Positions 1-11,665 of a DNA stretch of 36,445 nucleotides are shown one piece after another; position 1 is the stretch's first letter; each line of letters begins with the position of its first letter. The DNA comes from Actinomycetota bacterium (GTDB lineage: Bacteria > Actinomycetota > UBA4738 > HRBIN12), in the NCBI GenBank assembly GCA_050692855.1, contig JBOGVO010000066.1:1-36445 (forward strand), given 5' to 3'. The translations under genes were made by a program, and so were the position numbers. The notes beneath the pieces are model-generated. The model saw nothing but the letters and a program-made list of their open reading frames with translations, had not been told where the DNA came from and searched no databases.

Positions 1-1
1 G

Positions 2-2245
2 TCGGTCGCCTATGCGACCGGCGAGATCCTCATCGTGCTCTTCCTGGCGTCTTCCGCCCCACAGGAGTACGTCATGCCGATCGCGACCGCGATCGCCGCC
101 TTGATGGCGGTCGTGGTCGTGTCGTACCGGCAGACCGTGCGCGCGTACCCGAGCGGGGGCGGCGCATACATCGTGAGCAAGGACAACCTGGGCGCCTTCG
201 CGGGCCTGGTGGCTGCAGCCGCGCTGCTCTTCGACTACATGATGACGGTGGTCGTCTCGATCGTGGCCGGCGTGTTCGCGATCGGGTCGGCGATCCCGTG
301 GGCGAACGAGCACAGGGTCATCCTGTCGATCGTGTTCGTCGGGCTCGTCACGGTCGCGAACCTGCGCGGCGCTCGCGAGTCGGGCACGCTGTTCGCGATC
401 CCCACCTATGGCTTCATCCTGTCGATCATGGCGTTGGTCGCGCTCGGCTTCGTCAGGTGCATCGGGGGATGCCCCTCCGTGCCGGTCGACGTCGAGCCGC
501 TCCACGAGGCCGCCACGGCTGCCGGCGCCGTCGGTCTCTTCGCGTTGCTGCGAGCGTTCTCGTCGGGCGCGACCGCTCTCACCGGCGTCGAAGCGATCTC
601 GAACGGGGTGCCGGCGTTCCGCCGTCCACAGGCGCGCAACGCGGCCGCCACGCTCGCGATCATGGGCGCGATCGCGATCGCGATGTTCATGGGCATCTCG
701 TGGCTGTCGACCCACGTCGAGGGGGTGATCGCGAGCGAGGAACGTTCGATCGTGGCGCAGATCGCGCTGGCGATCTTCGGGAACGGCAGCGTGGGGTTCT
801 TCGTTGTGCAGTCCTTCACGGCGGCGATCCTGATCCTGGCAGCGAACACGGCCTATCAGGATTTCCCGCGGCTCGCGTCGATCCTGGCTCGCGATCGTTA
901 CATGCCCAGCCAGTTCGTGAACCGGGGCGATCGACTCGTGTTCAGCAACGGCGTCATCGTGTTGGGCGTGCTGGCGTCGCTGATGATCTACCTCTTCGAC
1001 GCCGATCTGAACGCGCTGATCCACCTCTACGTGGTCGGTGTCTTCACCTCGTTCACGCTCTCGCAGACCGGCATGGTCAAGCACTGGATCGCCGAAGGGC
1101 GCAAGGGCGACGCCGCGATGCCCGGGTGGCGCCGTTCCATCGTGATCAACATCGTCGGCGCGATCGTGACCGCGCTCGTGCTCGTCGTGGTGGTCGCCTC
1201 GAAGTTCGGCGCCGGCGCGTGGCTCTCGATCCTGATAATGGCCCTGCTCGTGCCGGTCTTCTACTCGATCCACCGGCACTACATGAACGTCCGGCGGCAA
1301 CTCGGAGCCGGCCGGGTGCGACCGGGCGCGGAGGGAGCCAACCACGTTGTGCTGCTCGTGCGCGACTTCGACGTCGCCACCTCGGAGGCCGTCGGCTACC
1401 TGCGTTCGTTCCGGCCGGAGGACATCCGACCGGTCTTCCCATGCCGTGACGGTGGGGTGTCCCGCGAGGTGCAGACGAGGTGGCGAACGTTCGTGGGCCC
1501 GGGGATCCCCGATCTCATGCCGATCCCGCACACGAACCTGACCGCGCAGGTCCGAACGGTGGTGGAGTCGATCGAACGGCAGCCCGACGATTTCGTCACC
1601 GTCGTGGTGCCTGAATTGCTCCGGCCTCAGGGGCTCTTCTCGTACCTGGTGCGGAGCCGCGACCTCGTGCGGCTGAAGGCCAGCCTGCTGCGCACGCCGA
1701 ACGTCGTCGTGACCGATGTGCCGGTCGTGCTCGAGGCAGGGTCCCCGTCGGCTGCCGGCGGCAAGCCCTTGATCCCGCAGCGCACGGTGACCCTCGTGCT
1801 GCTGTCAGCGGTGAACGACGTCTCCGTCCGGGCGGTGAACTACGCTCGCACGCTCGACGCCACGGTGACCCGCGCCGTCTACTTCGATCTCGATCCCGAG
1901 GCCGCGCTCTCGATCGGCGAGGCATGGTTCGACGTCATCGAGGGAGTGCCGCTCGACATCGTGGAGGCGCCCTTCCGCGATCTGTCGATGCCGATGCTCG
2001 ATGAGGTGCGTCGCTACACGATGCGACCCGACACGATCGTGAACGTGGTGATCCCCGAGTTCATGGTTGCCAGATGGTGGCAGCTGCCCTTGCACAACCA
2101 GACGGCGTTGTTCGTGAAGAGCCTCTTCCTGTTCGAGGAGCGGGTCCTGCTCACGAGCGTCGCCCATCGGCTGGAGACCACCCGGGCCTCGGCTCGCTCG
2201 GCCGATGCCGCAGCGGCCGCCCGCGTGGACGGCAACAGGACCTGA
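2..2245 (+). CDS. APC-superfamily permease with long C-terminal soluble extension (5' end cut by window edge)
   Basis: The frame is already open at base 2 (SVAYATGEILIVLFLASS...), so the gene starts upstream of the window and ORF 35..2245 is only its in-window part. About 12 hydrophobic segments are followed by a ~300-aa hydrophilic tail. Codons are GC3-rich. TGA at 2243-2245. Confidence 0.8.
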   Translation, partial: SVAYATGEILIVLFLASSAPQEYVMPIATAIAALMAVVVVSYRQTVRAYPSGGGAYIVSKDNLGAFAGLVAAAALLFDYMMTVVVSIVAGVFAIGSAIPWANEHRVILSIVFVGLVTVANLRGARESGTLFAIPTYGFILSIMALVALGFVRCIGGCPSVPVDVEPLHEAATAAGAVGLFALLRAFSSGATALTGVEAISNGVPAFRRPQARNAAATLAIMGAIAIAMFMGISWLSTHVEGVIASEERSIVAQIALAIFGNGSVGFFVVQSFTAAILILAANTAYQDFPRLASILARDRYMPSQFVNRGDRLVFSNGVIVLGVLASLMIYLFDADLNALIHLYVVGVFTSFTLSQTGMVKHWIAEGRKGDAAMPGWRRSIVINIVGAIVTALVLVVVVASKFGAGAWLSILIMALLVPVFYSIHRHYMNVRRQLGAGRVRPGAEGANHVVLLVRDFDVATSEAVGYLRSFRPEDIRPVFPCRDGGVSREVQTRWRTFVGPGIPDLMPIPHTNLTAQVRTVVESIERQPDDFVTVVVPELLRPQGLFSYLVRSRDLVRLKASLLRTPNVVVTDVPVVLEAGSPSAAGGKPLIPQRTVTLVLLSAVNDVSVRAVNYARTLDATVTRAVYFDLDPEAALSIGEAWFDVIEGVPLDIVEAPFRDLSMPMLDEVRRYTMRPDTIVNVVIPEFMVARWWQLPLHNQTALFVKSLFLFEERVLLTSVAHRLETTRASARSADAAAAARVDGNRT

Positions 2246-2361
2246 GGGCCTGCCGGAGCAGGGCGGCCCGAGCACGACGGTTCGAGCTTCGCTCCCGCCC
2301 TGGCGGCACGCTACGGTACGGTTGCCGCAGAAGCCGAGAGCCACCGGGAGGCGAACCGCAC

Positions 2362-2841
2362 GTGAACATCCGACCGGCCACGCCGGAGGACGCCGAGTTC
2401 CTCAAGACCATGCTGTTCGAGGCCGCTCGCTGGAACCCGGACTGGCCCCGTGAGTCGATGGAAGAGGTGCTGGACGAGCCGGTGCTCCGCCGGTACCACG
2501 AGGGGTGGGGGAGGCCCGGCGACGGGGGCGTGATCGCCGAGATCGACGGCATGCCCGTGGGCGCCGTGTGGTATCGACAGTTCACCGAGGTCGAGCCGGG
2601 CTACGGCTTCGTCGACGAGAAGACCCCGGAGCTCTCGGTGGCGGTGCAGCCTCTGCACCGGCGGAAGGGCATCGGCGGAACGCTGCTTCGCGCCGCGATG
2701 GTGCAGGCGCGCGAGGAAGGGTTCCAGGCCCTCGCCCTGTCGGTCGCGGTGCACAACCGCTCCCGCATGATGTACCAGCGTGTCGGGTTCGAGAAGGTCG
2801 GCGAGCACGGCGAGAGCTGGACGATGCTGGTGAACCTCTAG
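2362..2841 (+). CDS. GNAT family N-acetyltransferase
   Basis: GTG 2362 is preceded by GGGAGG (2346-2351). Product starts VNIRPATPEDAEFLK and carries the acetyl-CoA motif HRRKGIGGTLL. The upstream part of ORF 2074..2841 is Arg/Pro-rich read-through overlapping the permease 3' end. Confidence 0.85.
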   Translation: MNIRPATPEDAEFLKTMLFEAARWNPDWPRESMEEVLDEPVLRRYHEGWGRPGDGGVIAEIDGMPVGAVWYRQFTEVEPGYGFVDEKTPELSVAVQPLHRRKGIGGTLLRAAMVQAREEGFQALALSVAVHNRSRMMYQRVGFEKVGEHGESWTMLVNL

Positions 2842-2900
2842 ATCCCCCCGGAGAGCGCCGAGCACGCGCGGGCCGGAGCGCTGGCACGGGAGGCTGGCAG

Positions 2901-5030
2901 ATGGGCGACGGTGCGACCGTCGACGTGACGCTGGTGCCGCATACCCACTGGGACCGGGAGTGGTACGAGCCGTTCAGCGTCTTCTCCGAACGACTGGTCG
3001 CGATGATGGACACCCTGCTCGACCTGGGAGGCATCGGATCTCCGCACTTCCACCTCGACGGCCAGACGGCGATGATCGACGACTACCTCGCGCGTCGCCC
3101 CGAGCGGGGGCCGGAGCTCGAGGCGCTCGTGCGCTCCGGACAGCTGTCTGCGGGCCCGTGGGTCACGCAGATGGACGAGTTCCTCACGAGCGGCGAGTCG
3201 CACATCCGCAACCTCGAGATGGGCCTCGCCCGCGCGCGGGAGCTCGGGCGACCGCTCGAGCTCGGCTACATGCCCGACCAGTTCGGCCACGTGGGGCAGA
3301 TGCCGCAGATCCTCCGCAACGGCGGGCTCGACCGAGCGATGGTCTGGCGGGGCGTGCCTCGCGAGATCGACCGCACCGAGTTCCGGTGGCGATCGCCCGA
3401 CGGGAGCGAGGTGCTCACCGAGTACATGATGTCCGGCTACTTCAGCGGGGCGTCGCTCGGCGGTCAGACCGCGCCCGACGAGTTCGCCGGAGCGCTCGAG
3501 CGGATCGTCGAAACCGTGCGACCGTTCATGGTCGATGACCGCACGGTGATCATGGTCGGCTACGACCACGCGGGGCCCGATGCGTCGCTGCCGGCTCGTC
3601 TCGCCGAGGCCCAGCCGTTCCTGCGCTCGGTCGACGTGCGCATCGCGGGTCTCGCGGATGCGATCGGGCAGGCTCCGCCGGACGAGGATCTGCCTGTGTG
3701 GACCGGCGAGCTTCGGTCATCGGCGCGTGCCCATCTGCTCCCCAACGTGTACTCGGCTCGGGTGCATCAGAAGCGCGAGCGCGGACGCGTGGAGTCGCTG
3801 CTCGAGCGGTATGCCGAGCCGCTTGCCGCGCTGGTCCCGGGCTTCCCGTGGCCCGCTGCCGAGCTCGAGCGTGCGTGGACGCTGATGCTCTGGAACGGCG
3901 CGCACGACTCGGTCTGCGGCTGCTCCCACGACCAGGTCGCGATCGACGTCGACGAGCGGTCCGCGGCGGTGCGCGAGGCCGGCGAGAGCATCGTCGACGA
4001 GGCGCTCGCATCGCTCGCCCGCCGCACGGCCGATGGCGGCGTGTTGCGGTTCAACCCCTCCCCGTTCGAGCGCGAGGGGGTGCCGCCGCTCGGTTACGCG
4101 GTGTCGGCGTCGAGGCGTGAGCCCGTCCATGCGCCCGTGGCTCTCCAGGCGACCGAGCGAGGGATCGTCGTCGACGGGGTCCCGATCGCCGTGCTCGATG
4201 AGCCCGACGTCGGCGACCTCTACAACTACTGCGGCGCGGAGCCAGATCAGGTGCCGAGCCCGCCCGAACGGGTCGAGCTCGCGGAACACGAGGCCGTCGC
4301 CACCTGGCCCGGGTTGCGCGTCGCCGTGCACGTCACACGCCGTGCGGAAGAGCCGTTCCTGCGCCTGGAGGCGTCGATCCACAATGAGCGTCCGGACCAC
4401 CGCCTGCGCCTGCATGTCGAGCAGGCCGGACCCATCGACTCGGCGCTCGCCGGCGCTCCGTTCGAGCTCGTGCCCAGGCTCCTCGTGGGCGAGGGCGGCG
4501 AGGTCGAAGCCGCCTCCGCGACCTGGCCGGCTCGCCATCTCGTCGTCGCCGGCTCGGCCGCGGTGCTGCACGAAGGGGTGTTCGAGTACGAAGTGGTCGA
4601 AGGTCGGGCGCTGGCGGTGACCCTGCTCCGAGGCGTCGGTCGCATCAGCGCCGAGGAGCTCGCGACACGCCCGTGGGCGGCCGGGCCCCAGACCCCCACC
4701 CCGATGGCGCAGATGTTCGGCAGGACCGACGTCGCGCTCGCGCTCTGGGTGGATCCGCCCTCGGGTGATCGGGAGGAGCTGCTCGCCGCGTGGGAGCGGT
4801 TCGCCCTGCCGATCGTGGAGGTGCCCGCGGCAGGCGGTGGGGACCTCCCGTCGAGGGGATCGCTGCTCGATCTCGACCCGGGCGGGGCGCAGCTCTCCGG
4901 GGTCAGGAGGGTGGCCGGCGACACCGAGATCCGCCTGTGGAACCCGTGGTCCGATCGATCGGTGGGCGCGGACGTCGCCGGCCGTCCCGTCCGGCTCGAG
5001 CCCGCTCGCATCGAGACGCTCGCGGTCTAG
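2901..5030 (+). CDS. glycoside hydrolase family 38 (alpha-mannosidase-like)
   Basis: ATG 2901 is preceded by GGGAGG (2887-2892). The N-terminus MGDGATVDVTLVPHTHWDREWYEPF carries the GH38 H-x-H-x-D-x-x-W signature, and YMPDQFGH lies downstream. 709 aa. The part of ORF 2505..5030 before 2901 is low-complexity read-through. Confidence 0.85.
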   Translation: MGDGATVDVTLVPHTHWDREWYEPFSVFSERLVAMMDTLLDLGGIGSPHFHLDGQTAMIDDYLARRPERGPELEALVRSGQLSAGPWVTQMDEFLTSGESHIRNLEMGLARARELGRPLELGYMPDQFGHVGQMPQILRNGGLDRAMVWRGVPREIDRTEFRWRSPDGSEVLTEYMMSGYFSGASLGGQTAPDEFAGALERIVETVRPFMVDDRTVIMVGYDHAGPDASLPARLAEAQPFLRSVDVRIAGLADAIGQAPPDEDLPVWTGELRSSARAHLLPNVYSARVHQKRERGRVESLLERYAEPLAALVPGFPWPAAELERAWTLMLWNGAHDSVCGCSHDQVAIDVDERSAAVREAGESIVDEALASLARRTADGGVLRFNPSPFEREGVPPLGYAVSASRREPVHAPVALQATERGIVVDGVPIAVLDEPDVGDLYNYCGAEPDQVPSPPERVELAEHEAVATWPGLRVAVHVTRRAEEPFLRLEASIHNERPDHRLRLHVEQAGPIDSALAGAPFELVPRLLVGEGGEVEAASATWPARHLVVAGSAAVLHEGVFEYEVVEGRALAVTLLRGVGRISAEELATRPWAAGPQTPTPMAQMFGRTDVALALWVDPPSGDREELLAAWERFALPIVEVPAAGGGDLPSRGSLLDLDPGGAQLSGVRRVAGDTEIRLWNPWSDRSVGADVAGRPVRLEPARIETLAV

Positions 5031-5083
5031 GTCTGGTCACGCCCGGGGGATGCTCCTCTTCCGCGGCCGGCCCCGCTCGCGGC

Positions 5084-6025
5084 TCACGCCGGGTACACGA
5101 ACCGGAACAGTTCCCCGTCGTTCTCGTGCCGGTCGGACGCGTTGTCGACCCCCTTGCCGATGATGAACAGGTGCGTCACGGCGCGGTCGGCTCGGCTCGG
5201 CGCGATGGTGATGCCCGCTGCCCTCCGCACGTCGGCGGCCGAGAAGTCGATCGTGCGGACCAGGCGCCCGTGCATGGTCGTCTCGGCGACGACGTCCTCC
5301 ACGCTGCTCACGAGGAGCAGATGACTCGAGCCGGGGTCGAACTCGACGTCCTCGGGTGTGCTCAGCCCGAGGGGCCGCGTCGAGAAGCTCGCCACCCGGT
5401 CGTCCCTGGTGCCGAAGCGACGATCCCGGCCGGCCCGAACGATGAAGACGCGGCCCAGCCGGGCGTCGGTGACGATCAGCGCCCGGCCGCGTTCGCGCCA
5501 AGCCAGCCCCTCGGGGTCACGGCTTCCGAACGACCTCGTCCTCAGGAGCACCTTCCTCCGATCGTCGGCCGTCCCGATCCGGTCGTCCCGGCCGGGCCGG
5601 ATCCGATAGACACGGTTCCGGTCGTCGTCCACCAGGTAGAGCGTGCGGGTCCGGTTCCGCCATGCGATGTCTTCGGGCTCGGGCGATGTAGGCAGGACCG
5701 ACCTCGTCCGGACCAACGCGCCACGCTGTGACGTGATGAACAGGTTGCCGCCGGCCCACAGTCGCCGGGTCTCGTCGACCTCCGCGTCGGACACGAGCAG
5801 CTTCCGCTTCGAGCGCATGAACGTAAGGCCCGTGGGGTCGGGACTCGGCGAGGGCCATCCGGACGTCGGGGTGACCTCGAGGAGCTCCGCGGACACCGTC
5901 GGCGCGGCGTGGGCCCGCGGGAGAGCGCCCCCCAAGAGCATGGCCGCAGCGGCGACGGTCGCCACGACGGCTCGTCGCACGAGTGGCCGCTCGCGACGAG
6001 ACGCTGCGGCGATCGGGCCATCCAT
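5084..6025 (-). CDS. secreted repeat protein (beta-propeller-like), function unknown
   Basis: ATG 6025 gives the signal-like N-terminus MDGPIAAASRRERPLVRRAVVATVAAAAMLLGGALPRAHA. Alternative starts are ATG 6070 and TTG 6124. Internal ~47-aa repeats end in PEDIAW / PEGLAW / PEDVEF and contain GRDDRIGTADD / GRDRRFGTRDD. Confidence 0.65.
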   Translation of the reverse strand: MDGPIAAASRRERPLVRRAVVATVAAAAMLLGGALPRAHAAPTVSAELLEVTPTSGWPSPSPDPTGLTFMRSKRKLLVSDAEVDETRRLWAGGNLFITSQRGALVRTRSVLPTSPEPEDIAWRNRTRTLYLVDDDRNRVYRIRPGRDDRIGTADDRRKVLLRTRSFGSRDPEGLAWRERGRALIVTDARLGRVFIVRAGRDRRFGTRDDRVASFSTRPLGLSTPEDVEFDPGSSHLLLVSSVEDVVAETTMHGRLVRTIDFSAADVRRAAGITIAPSRADRAVTHLFIIGKGVDNASDRHENDGELFRFVYPA

Positions 6026-6127
6026 GGCCCGGTTTACGCTAGTCGCAGCGCCTCCCGGCGAATCACGCATCGGCGTGAGCCGGACTACGGCGCCTGCGGG
6101 GTCTCCACCTGCGGTCGTCGTCAAAGC

Positions 6128-6811
6128 TCAGCCGTCGCTCGTGGCCCGAGGGCGGCCGCCTTCCTTCGCGGCATCGAGGGCCGCGTACTCCGCACGGACC
6201 GTCGTCCACCTCCGGCGCACGTACCACGCGGCAGCGACCACGCACACGGCGGCGATCGCCCAGGAGAACGGCTGCAGCGCGTGCTCGACGGTCTCCCAAC
6301 GGTCGCCCAACTCGTAGCCGAGCCATGCGAGCGCGAACGTCCAGGGCAGGCAACCGAGCAGGGTGTAGACCGTGAAGCGCCAGAAGGGCATGCGGACGAC
6401 CCCGGCAGGCAGCGAGATGAAGGTGCGGATGACCGGGAGCAGCCTCGAGAAGAAGACCGCTGCGTCACCGTAGCGTTCGAACCACTCGTGCGCCTTGTCC
6501 ACCTCGTGCGGTCTGATCAGCAGGTAGCGCCCGAACCGGTCGACGAGCGGTCGACCGCCGATCGCGCCGGCCCAGTAGGCGAGCCAGGAGCCGACCAGGT
6601 TCCCGACCGTACCGGCCATGCCGACCCAGAAGAGCGAGAGCTGCTCTCCCTCTGCCGCGAAACCCGTCGACGCCAACGCTCCGCCGAACAGCATGGTGAC
6701 CTCGCTCGGGATCGGCACACAGGCGGACTCGAGCACCATCAGCACGAACACCGCCGCGTAGCCGTAGCCGGCGACCGTGTCGATCACGAACTGGTGGAGC
6801 CAATCGAGCAT
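6128..6811 (-). CDS. DedA family membrane protein
   Basis: ATG 6811 has GAGG 5 nt upstream. MLDWLHQFVIDTVAGYGYAAVFVLMVLESACVPIPSEV and FFSRLLPVIRTFISLPAG are DedA signatures. The upstream 74 codons of ORF 6128..7033 run into the topA promoter region and overlap the topA start. Confidence 0.85.
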   Translation of the reverse strand: MLDWLHQFVIDTVAGYGYAAVFVLMVLESACVPIPSEVTMLFGGALASTGFAAEGEQLSLFWVGMAGTVGNLVGSWLAYWAGAIGGRPLVDRFGRYLLIRPHEVDKAHEWFERYGDAAVFFSRLLPVIRTFISLPAGVVRMPFWRFTVYTLLGCLPWTFALAWLGYELGDRWETVEHALQPFSWAIAAVCVVAAAWYVRRRWTTVRAEYAALDAAKEGGRPRATSDG

Positions 6812-7019
6812 GCGGACCTCGACTCCGGGCTCGGGAATACGGAGACGGTACCAGCGCGTTCTCGCAACCTCGGAACGGATGCCGGCTCGAAGCGCTCCGA
6901 TGTGGAGCTGGCTGCCGATGGTACCGTCGCCGCGGGCTCCGCAGCTTCGATCGAGACCCTCCGGGCGTCGGAGCCCGGTTTGACATCCTTCCTCAACGAC
7001 CCGAAAAAGGCTCCGCGTC

Positions 7020-9578
<2,559 letters not shown>

Positions 9579-9585
9579 GCTCGTC

Positions 9586-11625
9586 GTGGCGTCGGTCGCC
9601 GACGAGGTCGCCGAACTCCGCGGAACCCGAGCCGCGTCGTTCAGGGACCTGCTGACCCACCCGGCGTTCTCCCGCCTGCTCGCGGCGATGACCGTCTCCT
9701 CGCTGGGGGATTGGGTCGGCTTCGTGGCGGTGACCTCGCTGGTCGCCACCATCTCGGGATCGAACGCCGGTCTCGCCGTCGGCGGCGTGATGATCGTGCG
9801 GATGCTGCCCGCGGTGCTGTTCGGCCCGATCGCCGGCGTGCTCGTCGACCGGTTCGACCGCAAGAAGGTGATGATCGCCTCCGACCTTTCCCGAGGCGTG
9901 CTCTTCGCCGCGATGGCGTTCATGTCGCAGCTCTGGCTGATCTACCTCTTCTCCTTCCTGAAGGAGGGGCTCTCGTTGTTGTGGACGCCCGCCCGCGACG
10001 CGTCGTTGCCCAACATGGTGCCCCGGCGCCAGCTGGCGAACGCCAACGCCATCTCGCTCGTCAGCACGTACGCCACGTTGCCGCTCGGCGGGGGGGTCTT
10101 CGCGGTGCTGGCGGCGTTCAGCGAATGGATCTCAGCGCGCGTCCCCTGGGTGGGAGGGCGCCCGGAGTCGCTCGCGCTGCTGCTCGATGCGTCGACGTTC
10201 GCGTTCTCCGCCCTCATGGTCAGCCGCATCGCGTTCCCCCCGAGGACGGCTGGAGGGTTGAGCTCGAAGCTCGACCTCTCGAGGGTCTGGCGCGACATCG
10301 TCGACGGCGTCAGGTTCCTCCGGGAAGACTCGATCGCGTCCGCGATGACGGCCGGCATCGTGGTCGCGTTCGCCGCGGTGGGCGCGGTGCTCGCGATGGG
10401 GCCGATCTTCGTGACGACGCTCGACGCGACGACGGCCGCCTGGGGGGTCATGGTGACCGCCTTCGGCGTCGGGATGGCGCTCGGCATGGCGTCCACGAAC
10501 CAGATCGCGAAGTTCGTGGAACGGGGCCTCACCTTCGTCTGGGCGTTGGTGGCGGCCGGACTCACGCTGTTCGTATTGGCCTCGATGCCGAACCTCCCAC
10601 TCGCAGCTGTCGTCACCGTCTGGCTCGGGGCGTTCTGCGGCCTCGCCTGGGTGAGCGGCTACACGCTGTTGCAGGAGAACGTCGAGGACGAGTTCCGCGG
10701 TCGCACGTTCGCCTCACTCACGACGCTCTCGCGCATGGGTCTCTTCCTGAGCCTGGCAGTGTTCCCTATCCTGTCGACCGTCTATGGCGACTACGAGTTC
10801 TATGTGGGAGGGCAACGCTTCGACCTGTCGGGCACGCGCCTCGCGCTGTGGACCGCCGGGGCGTTGGCGGTGGGGGCCGGACTCAACACGAGGCGCCTGC
10901 TGCAACGACATCGCCTCTCGCGTCCCGAACCCCTCGCGCTCGTGCCCAAGCTGAAGCGGCCGCCGGCCACCGGGCTGTTCATCGCGTTCGAGGGCGTGGA
11001 AGGCGCGGGCAAGGGCACGCAGATCCGGCTCGCCGAGGAGTACCTGCGTGTCCAACGGTCGCGGGAGGTGCTCGTCACCCGTGAGCCGGGCGGCACCGAG
11101 CTGGGGGAGAAGATCCGACGGGTGCTGCTCGACCCGGGGACGGGCAAGCTCGACGCTCGCAGCGAGGCGTTGTTGTTCGCGGCTGCCCGTGCCCAGTCGG
11201 TGGCCAACGTGATCCGACCGGCGCTCGCCGAAGGGAAGATCGTGATCTGCGACCGCTACGTCGACTCGTCGCTCGCCTATCAGGGGGGTGCCCGGGGACT
11301 CGGAGAGCAGGACGTGCTGACGCTGAACGTCTGGGCGACACAAGGGCTCTTCCCGGACCTGGTGGTCCTGCTGCACCTCGAGCCCGAGCGCGGGCTGTTG
11401 CGCTCCACCGAGGCGCCGGACCGCATGGAGCTCGAGGGCCAGGACTTCCACGCCAAAGTCTCCGACGCCTACCTGAAGATCGCCGAGGAGCATCCCGAGC
11501 GGTTCGTCGTGATCGATGCCGACAAGTCGCCGGCCGAGGTCTTCGAGGACGTCCGGACGGCCCTCGACAGAGCCGTGGCCGACTTCGGAGAGAACGACGA
11601 CGATGGGCACGCGTCGCGAGGGTGA
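9586..11625 (+). CDS. tmk: MFS-type transporter domain fused to thymidylate (dTMP) kinase
   Basis: GTG 9586 lies 8 nt after the topA stop, with GGAGG at 9569-9573. Aa 1 to ~450 are a multi-TM MFS-like region. Aa ~465-679 are dTMP kinase, with P-loop FIAFEGVEGAGKGTQ, TREPGGT and DRYVDSSLAYQG. Confidence 0.9.
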   Translation: MASVADEVAELRGTRAASFRDLLTHPAFSRLLAAMTVSSLGDWVGFVAVTSLVATISGSNAGLAVGGVMIVRMLPAVLFGPIAGVLVDRFDRKKVMIASDLSRGVLFAAMAFMSQLWLIYLFSFLKEGLSLLWTPARDASLPNMVPRRQLANANAISLVSTYATLPLGGGVFAVLAAFSEWISARVPWVGGRPESLALLLDASTFAFSALMVSRIAFPPRTAGGLSSKLDLSRVWRDIVDGVRFLREDSIASAMTAGIVVAFAAVGAVLAMGPIFVTTLDATTAAWGVMVTAFGVGMALGMASTNQIAKFVERGLTFVWALVAAGLTLFVLASMPNLPLAAVVTVWLGAFCGLAWVSGYTLLQENVEDEFRGRTFASLTTLSRMGLFLSLAVFPILSTVYGDYEFYVGGQRFDLSGTRLALWTAGALAVGAGLNTRRLLQRHRLSRPEPLALVPKLKRPPATGLFIAFEGVEGAGKGTQIRLAEEYLRVQRSREVLVTREPGGTELGEKIRRVLLDPGTGKLDARSEALLFAAARAQSVANVIRPALAEGKIVICDRYVDSSLAYQGGARGLGEQDVLTLNVWATQGLFPDLVVLLHLEPERGLLRSTEAPDRMELEGQDFHAKVSDAYLKIAEEHPERFVVIDADKSPAEVFEDVRTALDRAVADFGENDDDGHASRG

Positions 11626-11665
11626 AGGAAGCCGGGATGTCGCCCGCGGCCGCTAGTCTCCCGGT

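Noticed and set aside
2074-2361. N-terminal extensions offered by the ORF track (2074 for GNAT, 2505 for GH38, 22500 for USP, 25110 for kinase E, 22959 for kinase D, 32218 for USP-ABC1, 33035 for SGNH, 7033 for DedA)
   Set aside because: The extensions are Arg/Pro/Gly-rich, overlap neighbouring genes, and precede internal starts that have good SD sequences and family-typical N-termini.
6980-6985. Perfect TTGACA hexamer 35 nt upstream of the topA ATG as a -35 promoter element
   Set aside because: No acceptable TANNNT -10 hexamer follows at 16-19 bp (the sequence there is GAAAAA/AAAAAG). A single hexamer match is not enough to call a promoter.
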